This document shows positions 45,099-53,572 of a stretch of 59,070 nt of DNA, piece after piece. The stretch spans positions 1 to 59,070 of the forward strand of contig DASWZY010000128.1 of assembly GCA_036407055.1 (NCBI GenBank). The letters run 5' to 3'. Numbering within the stretch: the first letter of the stretch is position 1; every line of letters starts with the position of its first letter. The stretch comes from Candidatus Binatia bacterium (lineage in GTDB: Bacteria; Desulfobacterota; Binatia; UBA9968). The notes under the pieces are model-generated. The model did not search any database. It was given only the letters and a program-made list of their open reading frames with translations, and was not told the origin of the DNA. The position numbers and the translations under genes are program-made.

Positions 45099-46370
45099 TC
45101 ACGGCATGCGATGTTCGCCGGTGATCAGGCGCGCCGCGCGATACTTGCGAAAATAAGCCCAACCCCATTGGATGAGCACGAGGAGCTTGTTTTCGAATTC
45201 GATGAGATTAGCGATGTGCACGAAAAGCCACGCGAGCCAAGCGAAAAAGCCGGCGAGATGAAATCTTTTTAGTCTCGCCACTGCCGTTCCGCGTCCGACT
45301 ATCGCCATGTCGCCGCGGTCGTGATAATGGAACGGTTCGCTCGATTTTCCCTCGAGACGTTCGGCGATTACCTTGGCGACGTACTCCCCCTCCTGTATCG
45401 CCACCTGCGCGACGCCCGGGAGCGGCGAGCCGGTCTGATGCGAGTAGCTGGCAAGATCGCCGATGACGAAGATCTCCGGATGAGACGGCAGCGTCATGTC
45501 GGGCTCGACCAGCACGCGGCCCGCGCGATCCAGCTTCGCGCCGGTCGCGTCCGCCAGAATTTTTCCCAAAAACGACGCTTTGACGCCGGCCGCCCACAGC
45601 GTGGTGCGGCACGGGATTTCTTCATTCCGCTGTCCTTCTTGAACCACGACGCAATCGCGCCGTATGTCCGTGACCGTGACCCGGGTACGAACCGTCACGC
45701 CTTCCTTGATGAGAAACGACGCCGCCTTCGCGGAGAGGTCGGGGGGATACGTGGGCAATATCCGGTCGGCCGCTTCGAGCAGCTGTATCTTGGCGGATGC
45801 GGGATCGATCGCGCGAAAATCGTTCGTCAGAATATCCCGCGTGATTTCCGCCAGCGCGCCGGCGAGCTCGACGCCCGTCGGACCGCCGCCGACGATGACG
45901 AAGTTCAGAAGCGACTTTCTTGTGTCGGCGTCGGGTTCCTTTTCCGCAGCCTCGAAGGCGAGGAAAATCCGCCGGCGCATCTCCGTCGCGTCCTCGATCG
46001 TCTTAAGCCCGGGCGCGAGCGCTTCCCACTGATCGTGGCCGAAATAGTGATGGCGCGAGCCTGTCGCCACGACAAGCGTATCGTAAGGCACGCTGCCATC
46101 GCTTAGAATCACCTGCCGGGCGCCCACATCGATGTCGATCGCCTGGCCGAGGAGCACGCGCGCATTTTGCTGCCGCTTCAGTACGGAGCGCAGGGTAGAC
46201 GCAATGTTGGCGGGCGACAGCCAGCCGGTCGCCACCTGATAGAGCAGCGGCTGAAAAAGATGAAAATTTCGCTGGTCGAGGAGCGTCACCTCCACAGGCG
46301 CGTTCTTCAAGGACTGCGCGGCGTAAAGGCCGCCGAAGCCTCCCCCAATGATAACGACGCGATGAGCCAT
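45099..46370 (-). CDS. ndh: Type II NADH dehydrogenase (NDH-2)
   Basis: VVIIGGGFGGLYAAQSL and VIVGGGPTGVELAGAL dinucleotide folds, IFVIGDLA, C-terminal amphipathic/hydrophobic tail. Confidence 0.85.
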   Translation of the reverse strand: MAHRVVIIGGGFGGLYAAQSLKNAPVEVTLLDQRNFHLFQPLLYQVATGWLSPANIASTLRSVLKRQQNARVLLGQAIDIDVGARQVILSDGSVPYDTLVVATGSRHHYFGHDQWEALAPGLKTIEDATEMRRRIFLAFEAAEKEPDADTRKSLLNFVIVGGGPTGVELAGALAEITRDILTNDFRAIDPASAKIQLLEAADRILPTYPPDLSAKAASFLIKEGVTVRTRVTVTDIRRDCVVVQEGQRNEEIPCRTTLWAAGVKASFLGKILADATGAKLDRAGRVLVEPDMTLPSHPEIFVIGDLASYSHQTGSPLPGVAQVAIQEGEYVAKVIAERLEGKSSEPFHYHDRGDMAIVGRGTAVARLKRFHLAGFFAWLAWLFVHIANLIEFENKLLVLIQWGWAYFRKYRAARLITGEHRMP

Positions 46371-46386
46371 GAGCGCTGGAAAGTAT

Positions 46387-47187
46387 CTATTTCTTCTCGC
46401 CGATCGCCGCCGTCCAGAGATCGGTCTCGATGCGGGTCATATTGCCTTCCGGCTCGAGGCGGGCATCGAGGTAACCCCATTGCTGGATGTCGATGAGAAA
46501 TTGCTCCCGCGAAAGAAGCGTTCCCCGACATATCCGTGTTTCGGGCGGCGGTGAAGCAGTCTCTTCTTTCAGCGCGTCCGCCAATCGCTCCACGACGCGC
46601 GCCGGAATGTCCGCGCGATGCGACGGATAAATAAAACCGAACAGCAAAACGTAGCCGTAGAGCACACGCCAATGGGGGCCGAACCGGCGCAGGAGCCGGT
46701 CCCAGTCGAGCTGTTTCGCGCGCGCGCGCAGTAGATGAGCGATATCGGCGCCGTCGTAGCGCTCGCGCTCCATCACGTACGATTTGGACCAAATCGTCTC
46801 CTCGACAGGACAAAGCTTCACGCGGTAGCCGAGTATTTCCCCGTCCACGCCGTAACGAAACCATTCGTCGTCGACCCGTGCCGTGCCGTTGCCCGAGCTG
46901 AAGATCAGGTCGGCGAAATATTCTCCGCAATAGGCTTTGCCGAGCCAGTGCGGAAAGGTCAGCTCCGTATGACAGCCGATGCCCGCAAGGGCGTCGAGCG
47001 CCCGCTTGCAGTCCTGCGGATGAATGAAGACATCGAGATCTTTCGTGTCGCGCCAAATCCCGGTGTAGCACTCGAGCGCATAAGCGCCGCCGATCAAAAA
47101 CGGTACGCCGCTTTCGGTCAGCTTGGTCAACACGCGGACGTAGAACTCTTTTCCCGCATTCCGGACTTCGTCACCGTCGCCGTTCAC
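46387..47187 (-). CDS. Uncharacterised nucleotidyltransferase-like protein
   Basis: PFLIGGAYALECYTGIWRDTKDLDVFI resembles the GG...D.D signature of the minimal nucleotidyltransferase fold. ATGA overlap with the upstream phosphoesterase. Confidence 0.5.
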   Translation of the reverse strand: MNGDGDEVRNAGKEFYVRVLTKLTESGVPFLIGGAYALECYTGIWRDTKDLDVFIHPQDCKRALDALAGIGCHTELTFPHWLGKAYCGEYFADLIFSSGNGTARVDDEWFRYGVDGEILGYRVKLCPVEETIWSKSYVMERERYDGADIAHLLRARAKQLDWDRLLRRFGPHWRVLYGYVLLFGFIYPSHRADIPARVVERLADALKEETASPPPETRICRGTLLSREQFLIDIQQWGYLDARLEPEGNMTRIETDLWTAAIGEKK

Positions 47188-47972
47188 GTCCGCACCTCAC
47201 GGCTCATTCCATTGCCCTCGTCCGCCCGCGCCTCGGCGGGAATCTCGACGAGGCGGAAAACCGGCTGATTGGGGAAGTGTTGCCTGAGGACCTTGATCGC
47301 CACGTTGTAGACGGGCACTCCGGTCTGCGTCCGTCCCTCCGGGCGGCCGTGATGCGCATGACCATGAAATACAGCGGTCACGCCGTAGCGATTCAGCGGC
47401 TCTTCGAGACGGCTCGATCCGAGAAACGGATAGATCTGGCTCGGCTCCCCTTCGACAGTGGCGGGGATGGGAGAATAGTGCAGCAGCGCGATGCGGTGCT
47501 GCGTGCGCAGCTTGGCGAGCGCGGACTCGAGCTTCAACGCCTCGTCGATCGATTCCTGAACGAACTTCTTGATCGCCGGCTCTCCCCAGGGCTGAAGCGA
47601 GTGCTGGCCGAACCCGCCAGCGAAGCCCTTGACGCCGGCGAAGCCGATGCCGTGCACCTCGCAGGCATTGCCGTCGAGAATATTAACGCCCGCGCCCGCT
47701 AGAATCTTCTGCACCTCGTCCTGTTTGCCGGATTCCAACTCGTGGTTGCCCAGCACCGCCAGCATCGGAACTTTCACCACGGATAATTCTTTGGCGAGAA
47801 CCTCCGTCTCCTCCGGCAAGCCATAATCGACGAGGTCGCCGCAGAGAAGGAGGATATCGGCATTGTCGGCGATCTGCTCGAATATCGGCTGCAGTTGTCC
47901 GTGCGATGTCTTCGTATAATGGAGATCGCCCATCGCCGCTAGGCGCACCGAATTCTGCTGCTTGGTTTTCAT
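47184..47972 (-). CDS. Calcineurin-like metallophosphoesterase
   Basis: MGDLHY, LLCGDLVDYG, LGNHE, FHGHAHHG. Start at ATG 47972 (ATGA overlap with the CBS stop). The track's extension to 48242 lies inside the upstream gene. Confidence 0.85.
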   Translation of the reverse strand: MKTKQQNSVRLAAMGDLHYTKTSHGQLQPIFEQIADNADILLLCGDLVDYGLPEETEVLAKELSVVKVPMLAVLGNHELESGKQDEVQKILAGAGVNILDGNACEVHGIGFAGVKGFAGGFGQHSLQPWGEPAIKKFVQESIDEALKLESALAKLRTQHRIALLHYSPIPATVEGEPSQIYPFLGSSRLEEPLNRYGVTAVFHGHAHHGRPEGRTQTGVPVYNVAIKVLRQHFPNQPVFRLVEIPAEARADEGNGMSREVRT

Positions 47973-48676
47973 GTCGAAATCCCCTTTCGCGCGTCGTCGC
48001 GCGCGGATGCGGCGGCTCCGTCGTTGAGAGATCCGATCAGCTTTCCGTCGGGCGTCGTTACGAGCAGCGAGCGCATTTTCTTGCGCTCGAGCATTTTCAC
48101 CGCGTCTTCCACGGGCATACTCGGCCGGACCGTCGTCGGCCCCGGCTCCATAACCAGCTCGACCGCGATCGACGGATGGGCGTGGAGCGAGACGCGCGTA
48201 CAAAGGCCCAAGAGGACGCCGGCGTCGTTGACTACGGGACAAATATCCATGCCGCGGTCGTAAGCTGCGTCACGCGCGGCGCCGATCGGATCTTCCGGCC
48301 GGCAACGCGGCACATCCCGCTCGATCACGTCGCTCACGAGCGGCGGCAGCTCGCGGCCGCGAACGATCGGCAGGTCGAAGGCCATCCATTCGGCTTTTCC
48401 GCCTTCGTAAGCGAAAACGTGCATATATCCCATATACTCGAGCCGCGCCGCGGCCCTCCGGCTCAGATCTCACTGCGAGTCGTAGCAGTAAACGACCGTA
48501 AGTCGATCCTTGGCAAGGGCGTTCGCGGAGAATGGATAGAGGTCGGTAAGCGGCAAACTGATCGCTTCCGGCAAATGCGCTCGGTCGTATTCCTTTCGCG
48601 GCAGCACTTCCACGAGAACAGCGCCGTTCGCCGTCAATCCGTGCAACTCTTCGAGTCCGATTACCTGCATTGCCAC
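47969..48676 (-). CDS. Rhodanese + tandem-CBS protein interrupted by one in-frame TGA (48470-48472): candidate selenoprotein, alternatively a pseudogene
   Basis: ORFs 48470-48676 and 47969-48433 are in the same frame. Joined translation: ...RLTVVYCYDSQ[TGA]DLSRRAAARLEYMGYMHVFAYEGGKAEWMAFDLP..., i.e. one continuous rhodanese domain followed by two CBS motifs. selC is present in the window. Confidence 0.6.
48440..48464 (-). promoter_or_regulatory. GC-rich hairpin starting 5-6 nt downstream of the in-frame UGA (possible bacterial SECIS)
   Basis: mRNA after UGA: GAUCU-GAGCCG-GAGGGCCGCGGCG-CGGCUC-GAG. GAGCCG and CGGCUC are perfect complements. An alternative stem, GGGCCG/CGGCUC, has a CGGCG loop. 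Confidence 0.35.
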
Positions 48677-48677
48677 C

Positions 48678-50423
48678 TCAGATAAGCTCTCGCACTTTGT
48701 CGGACAGCACCGTCCATGCGATCTTCGACCTGTCGGGCTCCCCGCGCGCGAGCGATCTCGCGAATTTGGTCGCCTGCTCGAGCGTCACCTTGGCGGGCAT
48801 AGGCGGCTCGTAGGGATCTACCACCGCCTGGACGATGACCGGACCGGGAGCGGCAAGCGCCTCGTCGAGCACGCGGCCGCACTCGGCCGGATCTTCGATC
48901 GTGAAGCCCGCGCCGCCGCACGCGCGCGCAAACGCCGCAAAATCGATCGGCTGCAGATCGCAGCCGTATTCGGGGTTGCCGAGGAAAACCATCTGCTCCC
49001 ATTTGATCTGCCCCAGGGCGTTGTTTTTAACGATCACGACTTTAATCGGCAGGCGGTATTTTACCGCCGTCGCGAATTCCGCCATCAGCATCGAAAATCC
49101 GCCGTCGCCGACGAACGCGACGCACTGCCTTTCAGGATAGGCGATCTGCGCCGCGATCGTGTACGGGAGCGCATTCGCCATCGACGCGAGCGTTCCCGAG
49201 ACCGAGAACTTCTGGCCGCGCCGCACGGGTATCAACCGCGCAAACCAGGTCGTAATCGTGCCCGAGTCGCACGAGACGATCGCTTCCGGAGCGAGGCGTT
49301 TGCCAAGCTCCCACGCGACGACTTCCGGCTTCATCGGCTTGTCGGGACGCGTTCCCTGGGTTTCCATCAGCTTCCACCACTGGCGCATACCTTCCTGCGC
49401 TTTTTCCAGGAAGCTGCGGTCGCGCTTCCGCTCCAGCAGCGGTAAAAGCCGCTTCAATGTGGCGCGGCTGTCGCCGACGAGACCGACCTCGACCGGATAC
49501 CGGAGTCCGATGCGCGTCGGATCCATATCGATTTGAACGCCGCGCGCCTGTCCCGGCTTGGGCAGGAATTCCATGTAAGGAAACGAGCTGCCGACGATGA
49601 AAAGCGTATCGCAGTCCTCCATCGCCTCCTGCGACGGCCTCGTACCCAGAAGACCGATTGAGCCGATCGTGTAAGGACTGTCGTCGGGAACCGCCGCCTT
49701 GCCGAGCAGCGCCTTGACGATCGGCGCGGCCAATTTCTCCGCAGCCGCCTCCAGCTCCGCGCCTGCGCCGAGCGCGCCTTGGCCGGCGAGGATCGCGACT
49801 TTCTTTCCTTCGTTGAGTTCCGCGGCGGCGTTCCTCAAGGCGGTTTCCGGCGGCAGCTCGACGACCGACGCGGGGGCGTGCGAAACATGCCCCGGGACAT
49901 TGCGCTTCGAATGCTCCTCGATCTCCTGCTCCTGGAAATCGATAGGGAAGTTGATGTGCGCAACGCCGCGGCGGCCGAGCGCGGTGCGGCAGGCGATATT
50001 CGCGATTTCCTCGACGTGCGACGGTCCCATGACCCGCGCATTATAAAGCGCGACGTCCATGTAAACCTTGTCCAAATCGACGTCTTGCTGCGCATGCGTA
50101 TCGATAAGGTCGTGATAGTGGTGTCCGGTGATCGCAAGCACGGGTTGGCCGTCGAGCTTCGCATCGTAAAGACCGTTCAGGAGATGAATGCCGCCCGGCC
50201 CGGAGGTCGCGAGGCTAACGCCGAGCTTCCCGGTATATTTCGCGTAGCCGCACGCCATGAACGCGGCGGACTCTTCGTGCCGCACTTGCACGAAGCGGAT
50301 GTTTTCCCGTTGCTTGCGCAGCGCTTCCATGATGCCGTTGATGCCGTCGCCGGGAAGGCCGAACACGACGCTGACGCCCCATTCGCAGAGCGTCTCAACG
50401 AGCACGTCGGCCGCGGTTACCAT
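48678..50423 (-). CDS. Thiamine-pyrophosphate enzyme of the pyruvate oxidase / PoxB / acetolactate-synthase family
   Basis: FGLPGDGINGIMEAL, VRHEESAAFMACGYAK, TSGPGGIHLLNGLYDA. TPP motif GDGGFSMLMAEFATAVKYRLPIKVVIVKNNALG. Confidence 0.8.
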   Translation of the reverse strand: MVTAADVLVETLCEWGVSVVFGLPGDGINGIMEALRKQRENIRFVQVRHEESAAFMACGYAKYTGKLGVSLATSGPGGIHLLNGLYDAKLDGQPVLAITGHHYHDLIDTHAQQDVDLDKVYMDVALYNARVMGPSHVEEIANIACRTALGRRGVAHINFPIDFQEQEIEEHSKRNVPGHVSHAPASVVELPPETALRNAAAELNEGKKVAILAGQGALGAGAELEAAAEKLAAPIVKALLGKAAVPDDSPYTIGSIGLLGTRPSQEAMEDCDTLFIVGSSFPYMEFLPKPGQARGVQIDMDPTRIGLRYPVEVGLVGDSRATLKRLLPLLERKRDRSFLEKAQEGMRQWWKLMETQGTRPDKPMKPEVVAWELGKRLAPEAIVSCDSGTITTWFARLIPVRRGQKFSVSGTLASMANALPYTIAAQIAYPERQCVAFVGDGGFSMLMAEFATAVKYRLPIKVVIVKNNALGQIKWEQMVFLGNPEYGCDLQPIDFAAFARACGGAGFTIEDPAECGRVLDEALAAPGPVIVQAVVDPYEPPMPAKVTLEQATKFARSLARGEPDRSKIAWTVLSDKVRELI

Positions 50424-50521
50424 GAGTGCACTTCCCCGCCGAAATCTCCGGCGCGCAACACGCGATTCACGAGGCCATTCAGAGGAGCAGCATCATCCAT
50501 GCGGTGAGCCTCGCGGCACCT

Positions 50522-51400
50522 TCAGCTCGCTTTGCGCCGTCTCGGAGTCTCCTCCTTCCGCCCCGCCTGCTCGACGCTGCGTTTCAACAGATCCATGATG
50601 TCGATCACCTTCGCCCGCCGCTTAGGCGCTTGCGGCCGCGCTTCGTCGATGACCTTCGTCTTGCCTTCCTGCACCTTGCGGTCGATTAATCCCAGCAGGT
50701 CTTCTCTGTAGTCGTCGCGGTACTTTTCCGGTTGCCACTTGTCGGCCATCGCCTCGATTAAACGCTCCCCCATTTTGAGCTCTTTGTCCCCGATCGCGAC
50801 ATCGCCCGGAAGGTCGAGCTCCGACGCGTCGCGCAGCTCGTGCGCGAACCGCAGAAGCTCGAGAACGAGAGCCGACTTTTGCGGGAAGACGGCGGCGAGA
50901 TGCTGTCGCGACCGAATGACGACTTTGGCGATGCCGACGGTTTTTGTCCTGCGCATTACTTCGCGAAGCAGCGCGTAGCTTTTGCCGGCATTTTTCGCGG
51001 GCGCCAAATAATACGGCTTATCGTAGTAGACAGGCGCGATATCGCTCTCGTCGACGAAGTCGGTGATCTCGATCGTTTGCGTCGCCTCGCTGTTCGCCCG
51101 CTCGAAGTCGGCGTCCGTCATCGGCACGTATTCGCCTTTCTCGTATTCGTAACCTTTGACAATGTCGTCCCAAGGCACTTCCTTGCCGGTCTCTTGATTG
51201 ACGCGACGATAATGGACGGGCGCGAGATTTCTGCGATCGAGCAGCTTAAAGCTGAGGTCGTTGGAAGTTTCCGCACCGTGGAGAGTGACGGGAATGTTCA
51301 CCAGGCCGAAGCTCAAGCTGCCGCGCCATATCGCTCGGGAGCCCGTCGATCTCCGTGACGACGCTTTCCGTCGCCTCGCGCGTCTTCCATTGCGTGCCAT
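50522..51400 (-). CDS. ku: Ku (NHEJ DNA-end-binding protein)
   Basis: RAIWRGSLSFGLVNIPVTL, YYLAP, and a basic C-terminal tail. ATG 51400 lies 2 nt after the upstream stop. Unusual Arg-rich 21-aa N-terminal extension MARNGRRARRRKASSRRSTGS. Confidence 0.9.
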   Translation of the reverse strand: MARNGRRARRRKASSRRSTGSRAIWRGSLSFGLVNIPVTLHGAETSNDLSFKLLDRRNLAPVHYRRVNQETGKEVPWDDIVKGYEYEKGEYVPMTDADFERANSEATQTIEITDFVDESDIAPVYYDKPYYLAPAKNAGKSYALLREVMRRTKTVGIAKVVIRSRQHLAAVFPQKSALVLELLRFAHELRDASELDLPGDVAIGDKELKMGERLIEAMADKWQPEKYRDDYREDLLGLIDRKVQEGKTKVIDEARPQAPKRRAKVIDIMDLLKRSVEQAGRKEETPRRRKAS

Positions 51401-51402
51401 AG

Positions 51403-52011
51403 TCAATGCCCGCGAGCCAATGGCGAAAAGTCGGCCGTTAACCGTTCGGAACGGCGGCGGCGCTCCGGCGCCTTGCCTGGCTCATCGTTATCGTAAATAC
51501 GGATGCCGTCGAGACGCTCGAGCCGCTTCAATGGCGCGATCAGATGGCGCGACAGCGCCTCCTGAATTTCGCTTCCCGGCAGGCTCGATTCGCAGAGATG
51601 ATCGATCTCGCCGGAGACCAGCTCGATTCGCTCGACGGCGCAGACTTTTTTATTGCCGTTGCCGTTACCGCGCTCCCGCAGGTAGCTGTAAATCACCTCG
51701 AGCGGATAGCGTGCGCCGACAACCTCGACGAACGCCGGGTCCTCCACCTCGATGCGAGCGAGACAAAGACGGCGGTCGACTGGGACCATGTCATGCGCGT
51801 CGGCGAGGCCGGCCGGAGACCTGCCACCGGGCGCTTCGCGCGCCGCATGCCTAACGGCATCGGCGGCGCAAGCGAGCTCGTGCCATGCATAAACATGGTC
51901 GTAAACATCCTCTAAGGTGGAAAGCACTTCGATGACGTCGCGCACCTCGCTGCAGCGATGATGCGGCAGCGCTATGCGAATCGACATATGGGTATCGTCT
52001 TGATGATTCAT
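51403..52011 (-). CDS. Hypothetical protein (202 aa), no recognisable family
   Basis: GGGGTGA SD 5 nt upstream of ATG 52011. Stop lies 2 nt before the Ku ATG. Contains a GNGNGN stretch and a basic tail. Confidence 0.5.
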   Translation of the reverse strand: MNHQDDTHMSIRIALPHHRCSEVRDVIEVLSTLEDVYDHVYAWHELACAADAVRHAAREAPGGRSPAGLADAHDMVPVDRRLCLARIEVEDPAFVEVVGARYPLEVIYSYLRERGNGNGNKKVCAVERIELVSGEIDHLCESSLPGSEIQEALSRHLIAPLKRLERLDGIRIYDNDEPGKAPERRRRSERLTADFSPLARGH

Positions 52012-52023
52012 GCTTCACCCCGC

Positions 52024-52569
52024 CTATACGCGCGCCGCTTTTTCCACGCTTTGCCGCCGGCGCGCCGCTTTGGGCTTTCGCGGAGACGCGCGGTTGCCGT
52101 TCCGCTGCTCCAGCTCGGCTTTCCGCTCGGCCATCGTCGCGCCGAGCGCTCGTCCGTCGATTTTATCCTTGGCTTCCGGAAATACCTCGGACTCTTCCTC
52201 TTCCATATGATGCTTTACGCTCTCCGCCAGCACCGTAAATTTCGCGTCGTAGCGCTCGTCGGAAGGCTTCATCTTTTGCAGCTCGCCGATCAAAAGCTCC
52301 ATAACGTGGTGCTCTTCTTCGGCCTCGTCCACTTTGTCTTCCTCGACTGCCCCACGAATCGCCGGGTAAAAGATTTCTTCCTCGACTGTGGCATGGACTA
52401 TCAGCTCGCGAATCGTCGTCGTGACGATGCGCTTTTTAGTGCGGCCGTCTTCGGCGTCTTCAAATTCCTTGAAAAGCGCCTTGACCTTTTTGTGATCCTG
52501 CTCCAACAGCGCGACGGCATCCGGCTCGCCGCCTCCGAAATATTGCGCAATCCGCTCCAACAAGCTCAT
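52024..52569 (-). CDS. Hemerythrin (HHE cation-binding) domain protein
   Basis: LLEQDHKKVKALF, HATVEEEIFYP, EEEHHVMELL, VKHHMEEEE. Start at ATG 52569 after GGGGAGGA. Confidence 0.85.
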   Translation of the reverse strand: MSLLERIAQYFGGGEPDAVALLEQDHKKVKALFKEFEDAEDGRTKKRIVTTTIRELIVHATVEEEIFYPAIRGAVEEDKVDEAEEEHHVMELLIGELQKMKPSDERYDAKFTVLAESVKHHMEEEESEVFPEAKDKIDGRALGATMAERKAELEQRNGNRASPRKPKAARRRQSVEKAARV

Positions 52570-52654
52570 TTCCTCCCCTTTCATCCTCCACATTTAGATG
52601 TAGCATTTTTATCCACCCGTCATAGACTCCAGGACACAGGCTGGATCCACGCCG

Positions 52655-53152
52655 TCAAACAGCGCGTCGCGCTCGGCCTCCCGGTATCGCCCGCAGCTCG
52701 GGGGCGTTGCGCCGCTGGGGCGCCGGCGGCACGGCGCCGACGCCCTGCACATAAACCAGCTCTCCGCCCAGCCAGCCGCCTAGCCCGATCAACGCCAACG
52801 CGAAGATCGACAAGGTAACCGGCAGGAATCCATGCTGCATGTTGAAAGCGCGTAAAGAAAAATCGACTGCGAAAATAGCCGTCGCCGCGAGGTTGACGAA
52901 CATATGGTAACGCGCAACGCGGCGGATTCGGCTTTCTTTGAGAAAAAAGAAGTCGATCAGGCCGGGGAGCGAAGCGATAAGCGCGCCTGCGATTCCCCCG
53001 CCCATCGTATATAAGGCTATCGTTTTCCAGACATCACCGCCGCCTGCAGCGGAGAAAAGATCGGCCACCAAAGAGAATATCCATAACCCCATAGGCACAA
53101 CGACGAGCATGGGGTGGATGGGATGTTTGCCAATACTGGCTGGAGTGGTCAT
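52655..53152 (-). CDS. DUF2231-family membrane protein
   Basis: GKHPIHPMLVVVPMGLWIFSLVADL N-terminus, four TM helices. Confidence 0.75.
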   Translation of the reverse strand: MTTPASIGKHPIHPMLVVVPMGLWIFSLVADLFSAAGGGDVWKTIALYTMGGGIAGALIASLPGLIDFFFLKESRIRRVARYHMFVNLAATAIFAVDFSLRAFNMQHGFLPVTLSIFALALIGLGGWLGGELVYVQGVGAVPPAPQRRNAPELRAIPGGRARRAV

Positions 53153-53198
53153 AACGATACTCTCCTCTCAATCCCAGGCGGCGGATTTAGCTGTACGC

Positions 53199-53351
53199 TT
53201 AAATACGTCCGGCCAAGGCTAAAATAATGACGATCAGTAAAATCAGGCCGAGACCGCCGCTCGGAAAATAACCCCAGCCGGCGCTGTACGGCCACGTAGG
53301 TAAAGCGCCAAGCAGCAACAGAATAAGGACAATTACCAAGATCGTTCCCAT
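53199..53351 (-). CDS. DUF3309-family small membrane protein (50 aa; absent from the ORF track)
   Basis: My own translation: MGTILVIVLILLLLGALPTWPYSAGWGYFPSGGLGLILLIVIILALAGRI*. AAGGAGG SD 6 nt upstream. The LPTWPYS.GWGY.PSGGLG core is the family signature as I recall it. Confidence 0.8.
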   Translation of the reverse strand: MGTILVIVLILLLLGALPTWPYSAGWGYFPSGGLGLILLIVIILALAGRI

Positions 53352-53572
53352 GGTCCACCTCCTTTAATCCTAACGCGATGGCGAAACGCGTTGCTTTCCA
53401 CCTTAACGTTACCCGATCTGATGGTTCACCCCAGGGAAGTATTTCCCGGCGGAAAGTAAATTTTACTGTCCGAGTCACCTCCTTCTAGCCGGCCTTGCGG
53501 CCGACTGCCGCGTGTTTATTCGGAAACTCGCGGCGATATCTCAATGAGAGAATACGAGCAAGCGTTATGCCA

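Noticed and set aside
47973-48242. 90-codon N-terminal extension of the metallophosphoesterase ORF
   Set aside because: It overlaps the CBS region in another frame. ATG 47972 gives the canonical MGDLH-containing N-terminus and an ATGA junction.
53149-53478. 109-aa minus-strand ORF starting at GTG 53478, immediately after GAAGGAG
   Set aside because: The SD-like sequence has zero spacing to the GTG. The ORF overlaps the well-supported DUF3309 mini-gene in another frame and runs into the DUF2231 start. It has no family resemblance.
53487-53506. Stem-loop AGCCGGCC-TTGC-GGCCGACT downstream of ligD, considered as a terminator
   Set aside because: No U-tract follows on the minus strand. I cannot support calling it an intrinsic terminator. 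It may simply be a stabilising hairpin.
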